Virus record (IMG/VR): IMGVR_UViG_3300028601_000020
Length of the DNA: 64,000 nucleotides
Source: a virus
Lineage: Duplodnaviria > Caudoviricetes
Strand: one strand, 5' to 3'
Both the position numbers and the translations under genes were made by a program. Below are positions 47,301 through 55,795 of this stretch, one piece after another. The notes under the pieces were generated by a model. The model did no database searches. It saw nothing but the letters and a program-made list of their open reading frames with translations, and had not been told where the DNA came from. Numbering within the stretch: position 1 is the stretch's first letter; every line of letters starts with the position of its first letter.

Positions 47301-50064
47301 TAATTGGTACGACACGAAGAAAAACGGCGATTTGATTGTAAATGATGATGCTCATTTCCAAGCACTTGAATTCATCGCAACTTACGGTGAAGGACTTAAT
47401 GGAATTTCTTGGAATGATTGGGAAACAACGTGGTCAAGTTCATCAACTCAGGTTACTTCAAACACAAGTCGTGAAATTGACAGAACAAGAGATCATGATA
47501 CAGAAAAGCAAGTTAGAGCAATTATTACTGCAACAGCTACAACCACAACAACCGCAAAACAAACACGTTCTGGCACAAAAACAACTTTCTCTGAGGAAAC
47601 AATTAACAAATTCCTTGGAGATAGAACAGTAGGAATAAATTATATTCCTTACATGAGAAGTATTCCTGTTCTAGTTAAAGTTGAAGCAATGAAACCGTCA
47701 ACTGTTGTTTATCCTTTCTTTGATGATATTAATGTTTCGGCGCACTGTACTCCTGCAATTCGCATTCCTATTACCGGCAAAACTGGTTCATTCTTGACGG
47801 CAGTAGGCAAAGAAGAAACTATTACTACATCAGGCAACGGATCTGCAATTGTAGTTTTTGAGTCTGATACTGAATTAACAATCGTCAATTGGAACCAATC
47901 AGCTTTCACTGATGGACAAGTTGTTACAGGATCCACTTCAGGAGCAACAGCAACACTGGCTGATAGTGCAAATATCCTTGCAACTACAGCAGGAGATGAA
48001 TTAAAGACTGACGAAAAAGGAAGAATTTCTCTTATTTTCAAAATTCCTAATAATGACAATCTGAAATTTAGAACTGGCGAAAGAAAGTTTATCCTTAATG
48101 ATCAACAGAACAATGCAGAAGCGAACCAAACAAAAGCAGAAGGATTTTTCAAGTCCCTTGGTTCAATGCTTCAGCAAGAAGGAACTGTTCTTTCAACAAA
48201 GACTATTAGATTTAACCGTGAACCGCTCAATCAACAAAGAACTGTTAGATCAACCACTTCAACAACCACGACAAGTGCAACTGAATGGTATGATCCTCTT
48301 GCACAAACTTTCCTTGTTCAAGAGGAAGGTGGTTGTTTTGTAACGTCATGTTATCTGTATTTTCAGAAAAAAGATGCTTCTGGTTTACCTATTACATTTC
48401 AAATTCGTGAAGTTGTAAATGGATATCCCGGTCAAACCATTGTTCCATATTCAGAAGTAACACTTTATCCCGAAGATGTTAATGACACACCCGAAGGAGA
48501 ATTAGCAACCATATTTGAAATGCAAGCTCCGGTATTTTTGCAACAGGGAGTTGAATATTGCTTTGTTCTCTTGTCTGATTCATTTGATTATAATGTCTGG
48601 ATTGCAAACATGGGCCAGCTTGATATTAGAACAAAACAAATGATTTCAAAACAACCTTATAATGGTGTTCTATTTAAATCACAAAATGCTTCAACTTGGA
48701 CAGCAAATCAAGATCAAGACATGAAGTTTATCTTGAATAAAGCAAGATTCCAAATTGAAACCGCTGAAGGTTCTGGTATTCCTTATATTGGTCAAGCATT
48801 TTTCAATAATCAAGAACTTACAACTGATATTCTTGATATTAATTCAATTGAAACTTTCATTGATTCAACAAAGGTCAGAGTTCACCAGTTCGCACATGGT
48901 TTTGTTGAAAATTCAAAAGTAACATTAAGTGGATTCAGCGAATTATCTACATATAATGGAATTCCCGGATCAGAATTGAATGGATCGTTTTTGATTGATA
49001 GCATTGAATTTGATTCTTATCAAATTGAAGTGATTACCCCAGCAACTGATACTGGATTGACGGGTGGATTAGGAATTGAAGCGACAAGAAACATTCAAAT
49101 GGATGTTCTTCGCCCGAACATTTCGGAACTCGTTCTGCCTGGGTCGTCTTCTCTTTGGGGCTCAAAGACAACAACCAAAGATTATTCAATTGTTCCTATT
49201 GGTTCGTATTCTGGATTGAGTATTGTTGAAAATAACTTCATGAAAGAATCAATGAGAATTTGTTCTTATGAGAATGAATCTTTCAATTTAAGCAACGAAA
49301 AATCACTTCAATTGATAAATATCATAAACAGCACAAACAGGAACATTTCTCCTGTTGTAGATATGAATAGATGTTCTGTCATTACTGTTGCGAATAGAAT
49401 TGATAATCACACTACACAAACAGCCAATTTTAATTGTTCTGTAACTATAAATGAATCTTTATTAACTATTACGCATTCCGAACATGGTATGGCAACAGGA
49501 GCGGCTATTTATATTGATTCAGACGTAACAATTGGTGGTGTTTCTACTTCCTCACTGACTGGTTATTATACAATATCTCGAATTGACGATAATTCATATT
49601 TTGTTGATGTCAATGAAAATGCAACTTCAACGGCGTCTGGTACAATCAGTGTAACATGGTGTAACACACAATACAAATATATTCCTGAGAATTTTGCTCA
49701 AGGTGGAACTGCTATTTCAAAATATCAGACTAAAAAAGTAACAGTTGAAGAACCCGCGATTGCAGTAAAAGTCTTAGTAACTGCGGTGGTCATGAATGGT
49801 TCAGACATTGAACTTTGGTATAAAAAACAAGGTCCGTATGATACTTCACGTTTTGCTGATCTTGAATGGAGCCTCTTGGGCGACCCTGATATATTTGTTC
49901 CTGTTTCTGAAAATGAAGAGGATTTCAAAGAATATGAATTCACAAGAGAATTTGAAGACGGAGAAGAATTCACTTCGTTTGCAATCAAAATTGTTTCAAA
50001 ATCTTCAAGTACAACCATTGTTCCTATAATTGATGATTTGCGAATCATTTGCTTAGGAACCTGA
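44347..50064 (+). CDS. Large virion structural protein (DUF4815 / VrlC-like)
   Basis: NPFFDD....KNFHRILYRP...VQARELTQ.QTILQNQI.RFG.HIFK.G, APGA.RYKI, ARRTYDESGDY.V, KRYTMRDIG.LEKRI.NLEYYTSLSLLE, DPLAQTF. Confidence 0.88.
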   Translation: MAINFEKNPFFDDYKESKNFHRILYRPSIAVQARELTQQQTILQNQIARFGNHIFKNGAMVIPGQITFDNKYHYVKINQLYDSEEVVLSNFVGSKITGLTSGVIAEVINAVDIEGDDPKTLYVKYIQSGISDIQTFQDGEILQRTDNALFACQVQGSTDVTSFSSIGIGSASSIEAGVYYIDGFFVNVYKQTLILSKYSDTPTCKVGLRNYERIITPEDDPTLNDNAIGSYNYAAPGAYRYKIDLLLEYINVNDEVPEDFVELQRIEVGTIINEIRTSEYSELEKTFARRTYDESGDYTVSPFNISIREHLKDESIPRFADGKYLATDSPSGDESKLAIGIEPGKAYVRGYERQKLATTWIETNKARSTAVYNNAVLNFNIGNYIYVTRCYMIPDWSTFETLYLWHSDPLPLDGNIPASGTPIGTARVRGIELIDNSAGAAHEEYVYKLYLFDINLNDGETWSSVSWITDSNSSAQFTCTPNVGGDYADLDKMIINPTKKSSIFKLPHQYVRTLKPNGINDTSYTVNRYYPSVPVSSESIEIDVGTNAVPNAFTGRNYIIMDLAASTSAASFVPISDGDVTINGSVVTITGLTGLSGSNVSISLPIVKTISAERTKSITEITQVISSPNTVPGEFDDLSRADGYRLISVTDGGDSDRDITERYLFDNGQRDSFYDLSRIQLKSGYSAPKGSLTVTFSFFSHTTGDFCSVDSYSSLGTSLDEYYYDIPAYYSEDGQYDLADCIDFRPVINSTGNSFIGTGSRTCEMPVALSNIRMDYEHYLSRIDKLYIDYTGRFGIIEGNPDVYPSPPKSPSDGMVLYEIFMTAYTYSPKNAKPKFIDNKRYTMRDIGRLEKRISNLEYYTSLSLLEKETAQMQIKDVSGFERFKNGFLVEPFKSHGIGDSLNPDYRCSIDPRLEQMRSTFSTDSVNLEFDETNSTTVQKTGPLVTLPYTSVPFISQTLASMTENVNPFAIRLFEGKVNFQPDSDNWYDTKKNGDLIVNDDAHFQALEFIATYGEGLNGISWNDWETTWSSSSTQVTSNTSREIDRTRDHDTEKQVRAIITATATTTTTAKQTRSGTKTTFSEETINKFLGDRTVGINYIPYMRSIPVLVKVEAMKPSTVVYPFFDDINVSAHCTPAIRIPITGKTGSFLTAVGKEETITTSGNGSAIVVFESDTELTIVNWNQSAFTDGQVVTGSTSGATATLADSANILATTAGDELKTDEKGRISLIFKIPNNDNLKFRTGERKFILNDQQNNAEANQTKAEGFFKSLGSMLQQEGTVLSTKTIRFNREPLNQQRTVRSTTSTTTTSATEWYDPLAQTFLVQEEGGCFVTSCYLYFQKKDASGLPITFQIREVVNGYPGQTIVPYSEVTLYPEDVNDTPEGELATIFEMQAPVFLQQGVEYCFVLLSDSFDYNVWIANMGQLDIRTKQMISKQPYNGVLFKSQNASTWTANQDQDMKFILNKARFQIETAEGSGIPYIGQAFFNNQELTTDILDINSIETFIDSTKVRVHQFAHGFVENSKVTLSGFSELSTYNGIPGSELNGSFLIDSIEFDSYQIEVITPATDTGLTGGLGIEATRNIQMDVLRPNISELVLPGSSSLWGSKTTTKDYSIVPIGSYSGLSIVENNFMKESMRICSYENESFNLSNEKSLQLINIINSTNRNISPVVDMNRCSVITVANRIDNHTTQTANFNCSVTINESLLTITHSEHGMATGAAIYIDSDVTIGGVSTSSLTGYYTISRIDDNSYFVDVNENATSTASGTISVTWCNTQYKYIPENFAQGGTAISKYQTKKVTVEEPAIAVKVLVTAVVMNGSDIELWYKKQGPYDTSRFADLEWSLLGDPDIFVPVSENEEDFKEYEFTREFEDGEEFTSFAIKIVSKSSSTTIVPIIDDLRIICLGT

Positions 50065-50080
50065 AAATAGAGGACACTGA

Positions 50081-51130
50081 ATGATCCCACAAGTTTCAAT
50101 AACAGATAAAGTCATTGACTTTATTGAAAAATCAAATCAAATTTCTGAAAATGTAGGAGATCCTTCTGATCTACTAACAAATGAAAAAGATATTCTTATT
50201 TTATCTGTTAATGAAATTATTGTTTCAATGAATGAAATTGATTTTAGAATAGGAGATTTGGAATCTCTTGTCACGACAGAAAAAGGAACGTTGGTTGGTG
50301 GCATCAATGAAATGAGAGCCACCAACTATTCCACTTTTGGTGCTGTTGAATCTTATTATGATCTTGAAGTTCAACGATTGGATGGAGAAATTGATAACAA
50401 TGACAATTATATAATACATACAAATAATTTAATTGGTTCTCTTGGTTCTCTTGAAACGACAGCCAAAACCTCCATTGTTAATTCATTAAATGAACTTGAT
50501 TCAACGTCTTCTGTTGTGTTTAAAATTGAAGATTATCCAGACTTAGGCGTTGAACAGTTTATGGGATTTCTTAATGCAAGCAATTTTATTGGATCAAATA
50601 AAGAAAATTATCTAAAACTGCCTTCATCTTCGGGTCAGCTTCTTTTTAGTGATTTAGACGGAAAAAGATATTGGGGATCAATTACTGGTTTTTCAAACTA
50701 TATTGAAGCGCAATATGATTATGCAGAGGCATTAAATGATAAAGATAATATTGAGACATATTTAAGTATGATAAAAGATAATACCAATTTAACTGTTGAT
50801 TATGCTAATATGGTTAGCGCAAAAGTTCCATATCCCATTGATACTCTTGTAGGAATTACAGTAGGAACCACCACCGTAATTGATGCATCTCTCGGGGATT
50901 CGTTTTTTGTTGTTTTGGATAGAAATACTACTTTGTCTTATATAAATTTCAATTCTGGAAGAAGCATTACTATATATATTGCTTATGGAAATTCTTATAC
51001 GATAACTTGGCCAGCAAACACATATTTTCCAAAAGGTCTCAAACCAACACTAAGAACCGCTGAACGGGTTTCCGTTCAAAGATATTCAACGGTGTATTTT
51101 ACAACCCTTGATACAACATATTTTGCCTGA
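50081..51130 (+). CDS. Fibre/whisker-like structural protein (short paralog of 51323..54049)
   Basis: IG.L..L.T..K..LV..INE repeats; shares linker and C-terminal modules with the next fibre. Confidence 0.65.
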   Translation: MIPQVSITDKVIDFIEKSNQISENVGDPSDLLTNEKDILILSVNEIIVSMNEIDFRIGDLESLVTTEKGTLVGGINEMRATNYSTFGAVESYYDLEVQRLDGEIDNNDNYIIHTNNLIGSLGSLETTAKTSIVNSLNELDSTSSVVFKIEDYPDLGVEQFMGFLNASNFIGSNKENYLKLPSSSGQLLFSDLDGKRYWGSITGFSNYIEAQYDYAEALNDKDNIETYLSMIKDNTNLTVDYANMVSAKVPYPIDTLVGITVGTTTVIDASLGDSFFVVLDRNTTLSYINFNSGRSITIYIAYGNSYTITWPANTYFPKGLKPTLRTAERVSVQRYSTVYFTTLDTTYFA

Positions 51131-51138
51131 TATTAATT

Positions 51139-51330
51139 ATGGATTTTAGAAAAAAGCCATCGGGTGTAGTCATAAATACAAATAAAGAAGGATTTTTGAA
51201 AGCAAAGAAAATGAAAGAATTGATTCAGAAAGACAGAAATCGCCTTTCTGATTTAGAAGAAAGAATGAATCGGCAAGAATCAATTCTTAATGAAATTTTA
51301 ACAATACTTAAAGAAAACAAACATGGCTAA
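51139..51330 (+). CDS. Small conserved coiled-coil protein
   Basis: SG.VINT.......K.K...LE........IL..L, typical downstream of DUF4815 genes. Confidence 0.6.
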   Translation: MDFRKKPSGVVINTNKEGFLKAKKMKELIQKDRNRLSDLEERMNRQESILNEILTILKENKHG

Positions 51331-54049
51331 ACCAATTGTCACAAAGAAAGATACATTTGATCAATGGCGTTTAAAAGTAAACCAAGTTTCTGAAAATATC
51401 GGTGACATTGGTTTTTTGAATACCACTGACAAATCTTCTCTTGTCGCCGGAATCAATGAAAACAAGACTAATTTAGATAATTCAATTTCAAATATTGGTA
51501 ATCTTGCTGATCTTGATACGACAGACAAATCCTCTGCGGTTGCAGCAATCAATGAAATCAACACCGACATAACAACAGAGTCAACCAGAATTTCTGGAGA
51601 ATTTGATATTGAGGTTGCCCGGCTTGATGGAGAAATTGACGCAAACACTTCTGATATTGACGATATCAATACCACAATCGGACCACTGGCTTCATTAACA
51701 ACCGATGATAAAACCTCTGTTGTCAATTCAATCAACGAAATCACACGAAGGCTTTTAGCGAATTATGATGTTTCAGAAGTTTCGTTTGATTTTCTGGTGG
51801 CTACGGATATTTTAGATATTTTCCTTTATGACACTTCGCAGGACACAGATCGTGGTATTTGGCGTTTTCAAACACATACACTTAATTGGTATAACGAGAC
51901 ATTAAACACTGTTTCCCGTGGTCAAACGAAAGAATTTCCGGCTGTTGCGCTTATTGTGACAAGAGACAATGCAGATAGCGCAGTAACAATTTATGACGCA
52001 ACTGATACTGATTTTCCTATGTGGATGAATTTTCCAAGAGGATCAATCTTCACTTCTACAACAAAAATGCCAATTTCAATGCTGAATGGTGTTTTGTGTG
52101 TAGGCAATTATGGAGAAGGATTGATCAAAATTGATTTCTTGAAAGAAATATCAATAAAAATAATGGATGACGGATATTATAAACCAATTGACGAATTGAT
52201 TGCTAACAGATACACAACCTCATGGTCCGTTGTAAATTATGAACCAACTTATGATCTTGTAAGCAACGATATCAATGATGTTGCTTTGACTTATTTAAAA
52301 GATTCTGTTCCTGATCCTATTACTGGTCTTCATCCTGTTGTTATTGGTGTTTCAACCGATTCTGGTGTAACAATTCTTGATGGACCTGCTGGTTCAGGAA
52401 CCGCTGTTGATATTACTGGAGGAAGTTCAAATAATGTTGGATTTGCAACCAATAAAAGATTAATGCTCACTGTTGCTCCTGTTTCATCACCCGATGATGT
52501 TTTTAAAATCGGAGAAATACCTTCTGTTGATATTGATCAAAATTCTTTTGGTACATTTTATACCATAAGTTCTAAAGTAAAAACTTCAAATATTACTCCA
52601 GGAAACAGTGGATTCAATAATGATGTTATTTTCTTCAAAAATGATATTATAGCAGGAGCACATTATATTGACGCAAATTATCAGAATCCTGCACTTGTTT
52701 TCATAAAAGAAAACCAAAATCCTGATTTAGGGATGAATTGTTTTATTGATTACACATATAATACTGGATGGATGGTCGGTGATATTAGAGGTTGTTATCT
52801 TGCTGATACAGTTGAAGGAATTTTGACTTCTCCTGACGTTGAAAAAGACAGAACAGTTAAAGCAAACAACCTTACTATAACAGGATCATTGGTCAAGTCA
52901 AAAATTTATCCTGGTTCTGATTTAGTAAAATATTCAGGATTCAGTTATGAAAATTATCTTGAATTGAATGATGCAGATTTTTCCGGCGTTCTTTATGTTT
53001 ATGGATGGCAATATAATGGAGTTGTATGGGAATTCAAATCAGGATTGGCTACAACGAACCCAATTGAAGGCGTTACAATCACTTCTTCAACATTAAAAAT
53101 TGCCGGTTCTTATCCAAAAGCTCTTATTAGAGTGACAGCAACAGGACCACAACAAACCCAATTACAACACATTGAATTAACCGAATCAAAATTGTTTTTG
53201 CCTGACGCAAAATGCACAATTCAAGGAACAGGCGGACATATTACTTCACTGTCTTACGACAAAATAACAGATATTCTTTCTTGCGCCACAAGTGATGGTG
53301 TAACAGAATTTCAAGACCTAGTAGCAATTAATCATCTTCATGATAACGTTTCAATCAAAAAAGTTTCAACAATTAACAAAAAGAAAGCGACTCTTAAAAC
53401 AAGTGGAGCCCATATTTATCTTCCTGAATCATCATTGCTTGATAAATTCAATGAAATGAGTTCAGCATTAGCAATAGAAGACACGAAAGAAGATTATTTG
53501 GGACTTCCTTCTGAAGATGGTATGTTACTTGCGTCTTCAACAACAGGTATAAGAACATGGGTTACTTCGCCTTCTGCAAGTGATGTTACATCATTAACAA
53601 ATGCTGTTAATGATCTAAAAGCAGAAATTGAAGCAAAAGAAACGGAGCTTCAAAATTTAGACAGCACATATATTGGTCTTCATTCCCAAATAGGAAGTGT
53701 CAATTTAAAAATTCCTTATCCAATTGATACTATTAGAGGTTTTGGCGCAATTGCAAACGGAGGAAATGTTTCTATTGATGCAACACTTTATGACTCATTT
53801 ATTTGGAATTGTCCTTCTGGTTCAATGACTGTTTATATAACAGATTTCCCTATTGGTAGAACCATACATTTACTTTTCTCGAATGGAGGAAACTGTTCAA
53901 TCACATGGAGCGGTTTAACAATATGGTGGCCAAGAGCAGTTATTCCTTCATGGACAGCAGCAAGTGGTTATGACCGTGTAGTATTTTATAAAGTTAATAG
54001 TACCACCATTCAAGCAGCAGTTGCGGGAATGGATTTCAGACCATCTTAA
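51323..54049 (+). CDS. Tail fibre / fibritin-like structural protein
   Basis: DTFDQWR.K.N, L.TTDKSS.VA.INE repeats; FLYDTS.D.D.G.WR...WYNE.LNT..RG...EFPAVALIV domain. Confidence 0.7.
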   Translation: MAKPIVTKKDTFDQWRLKVNQVSENIGDIGFLNTTDKSSLVAGINENKTNLDNSISNIGNLADLDTTDKSSAVAAINEINTDITTESTRISGEFDIEVARLDGEIDANTSDIDDINTTIGPLASLTTDDKTSVVNSINEITRRLLANYDVSEVSFDFLVATDILDIFLYDTSQDTDRGIWRFQTHTLNWYNETLNTVSRGQTKEFPAVALIVTRDNADSAVTIYDATDTDFPMWMNFPRGSIFTSTTKMPISMLNGVLCVGNYGEGLIKIDFLKEISIKIMDDGYYKPIDELIANRYTTSWSVVNYEPTYDLVSNDINDVALTYLKDSVPDPITGLHPVVIGVSTDSGVTILDGPAGSGTAVDITGGSSNNVGFATNKRLMLTVAPVSSPDDVFKIGEIPSVDIDQNSFGTFYTISSKVKTSNITPGNSGFNNDVIFFKNDIIAGAHYIDANYQNPALVFIKENQNPDLGMNCFIDYTYNTGWMVGDIRGCYLADTVEGILTSPDVEKDRTVKANNLTITGSLVKSKIYPGSDLVKYSGFSYENYLELNDADFSGVLYVYGWQYNGVVWEFKSGLATTNPIEGVTITSSTLKIAGSYPKALIRVTATGPQQTQLQHIELTESKLFLPDAKCTIQGTGGHITSLSYDKITDILSCATSDGVTEFQDLVAINHLHDNVSIKKVSTINKKKATLKTSGAHIYLPESSLLDKFNEMSSALAIEDTKEDYLGLPSEDGMLLASSTTGIRTWVTSPSASDVTSLTNAVNDLKAEIEAKETELQNLDSTYIGLHSQIGSVNLKIPYPIDTIRGFGAIANGGNVSIDATLYDSFIWNCPSGSMTVYITDFPIGRTIHLLFSNGGNCSITWSGLTIWWPRAVIPSWTAASGYDRVVFYKVNSTTIQAAVAGMDFRPS

Positions 54050-54060
54050 TAAGGGATAAA

Positions 54061-55113
54061 ATGCCAGTTTCAGCATTAATAAGAGCAAACGGAGCAGTAA
54101 AAGCTCCACCAGGAATGATTGTTGGAATCCCAACAGACGATACTATTCCACCATATTGGGCTGTTTATAACAGAGCCCAAGATTACTTTATTAGAGGAAC
54201 AACAAGTGATTCTTTAGTAAATACTGTTGCAAGTAGCAGTTCAATATCATTTTCAACCCTTTCTGCTGGATCACATTTAGGATCCCGAGCCAGGGATTGT
54301 GAAATCGGATACACATCAGCTTGTACAACAAGTTGTCATTCTCCTTCAACTTATAATGGTGCATTAAGCGGTCACGGACATAGTGTTGGTTTTTCTTATA
54401 GACCAAATGGAGTTAGACTAAAATTGATTTATGCATATAGTAGTTATTCTTATTTGTATCCCGGCATAATAATGTTTTCCATGGCAAATCTTCCTAATCA
54501 TACAAGCTATTCTTATCTTGATGGTGCTGGAAGTCGTCTTTTGCTTTCTCATGCAAGTAAAACAGAATATTATAATGGGTGGATAACCCCAAACGCAAAA
54601 ACCGGCAGCACAAGTGATAGCCACATTCATACAACAGCAGTAAACAAACAAGTTTATTATCTCAAATCAAATAAATGGACAACTGTTGGTGCAGCCGGTG
54701 GGGCACATCCCCATACAATTGCAGCACCAACATCTTTGACATATAGTCCTAAATATGTAACTTTAAGATCGTACCGCCTTACAGACATTTATAATCCTCG
54801 TGATTTAATAGGTATATGGCCTTATACTGGTGCAATTCCAGCCGGATGGCAAGTTGTTGGAGAAGTGAACGACAGATATATACGTTTTGCCTCCGTATAT
54901 TCTGCCGGTGGAGGGAACGACTCTCTTGAATTTTCTGGCGTAACAGGAACCGCCTCTCATGTTCATCCTTATGGTTCAAGTACTTTAATATCAAGAGCAG
55001 TAACGCCATCAGGACATTGGGACGCTGAAAGTCATGCTCATCAATATTATAGATCTCAAACTTTTAAGCCATTAACTCTTTATTTAAAATTCATCAGATA
55101 TGTAGGAATCTAA
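54061..55113 (+). CDS. Tail fibre tip-like protein with HxH motifs
   Basis: Collar-like P.G.I...IP..W units and HGH, HIH, HPH, HVH, HAH motifs. Confidence 0.6.
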   Translation: MPVSALIRANGAVKAPPGMIVGIPTDDTIPPYWAVYNRAQDYFIRGTTSDSLVNTVASSSSISFSTLSAGSHLGSRARDCEIGYTSACTTSCHSPSTYNGALSGHGHSVGFSYRPNGVRLKLIYAYSSYSYLYPGIIMFSMANLPNHTSYSYLDGAGSRLLLSHASKTEYYNGWITPNAKTGSTSDSHIHTTAVNKQVYYLKSNKWTTVGAAGGAHPHTIAAPTSLTYSPKYVTLRSYRLTDIYNPRDLIGIWPYTGAIPAGWQVVGEVNDRYIRFASVYSAGGGNDSLEFSGVTGTASHVHPYGSSTLISRAVTPSGHWDAESHAHQYYRSQTFKPLTLYLKFIRYVGI

Positions 55114-55114
55114 A

Positions 55115-55795
55115 ATGAAAATATTTCTCCTCCAAGAAGACAATTTAATTTACATGCAAAATGGCGATAAGAAATTATCGTTCATTAACATTGACGAATT
55201 CACAAAATACACAGGAGAAACTTTACCTGTATCCGATTTCATTGACTATGAGCCTAACAGCAATATATTCATTGTAGGGAAAAATGAAGGAATTCCTGTT
55301 CAAGGTGAATCTCATAATTCGTTTTTTGAGCAATTGTTAAATAATATTGACATATACATTGAACGTTATGAAAATCCTTTTTGGGGAATGGATGAATCCC
55401 AACAAACCAATCAAGCATATATAATGAAAATGGCAGAAATCGTCTCAAGACGACAAATTGAAAACAGCAAAGATTTTTATTATAATAATGTTCCTTATAA
55501 GTCAGATGAAACTAATATTCAAGGAGTTCGTCTTGCAACAGAACGAATGATGGATAATACCAAGATTCCAACTTTCAAAGGAACTGAAATTGAAGGGACT
55601 TGGGCAACAGCAGACGAACGTTTTATTCCTTTTACTGTTGGAGAGTTCAGAAAATTCTCTAATTATTATTTTGAAATGAGAAACAAGAATTTCACAAACT
55701 ATACGTTGTTGGCTATTGCTTTGACAAAAATTTATAATAATGGTGCAACAAAAGAACAGATTTTAAACTTCAATATAGAAGATGGATGGGTATAA
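55115..55795 (+). CDS. Tail fibre assembly chaperone (DUF4376-like)
   Basis: R......F.Y....Y.SD...I.G, W.TAD..F.PFT, I..GW end. Confidence 0.62.
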   Translation: MKIFLLQEDNLIYMQNGDKKLSFINIDEFTKYTGETLPVSDFIDYEPNSNIFIVGKNEGIPVQGESHNSFFEQLLNNIDIYIERYENPFWGMDESQQTNQAYIMKMAEIVSRRQIENSKDFYYNNVPYKSDETNIQGVRLATERMMDNTKIPTFKGTEIEGTWATADERFIPFTVGEFRKFSNYYFEMRNKNFTNYTLLAIALTKIYNNGATKEQILNFNIEDGWV

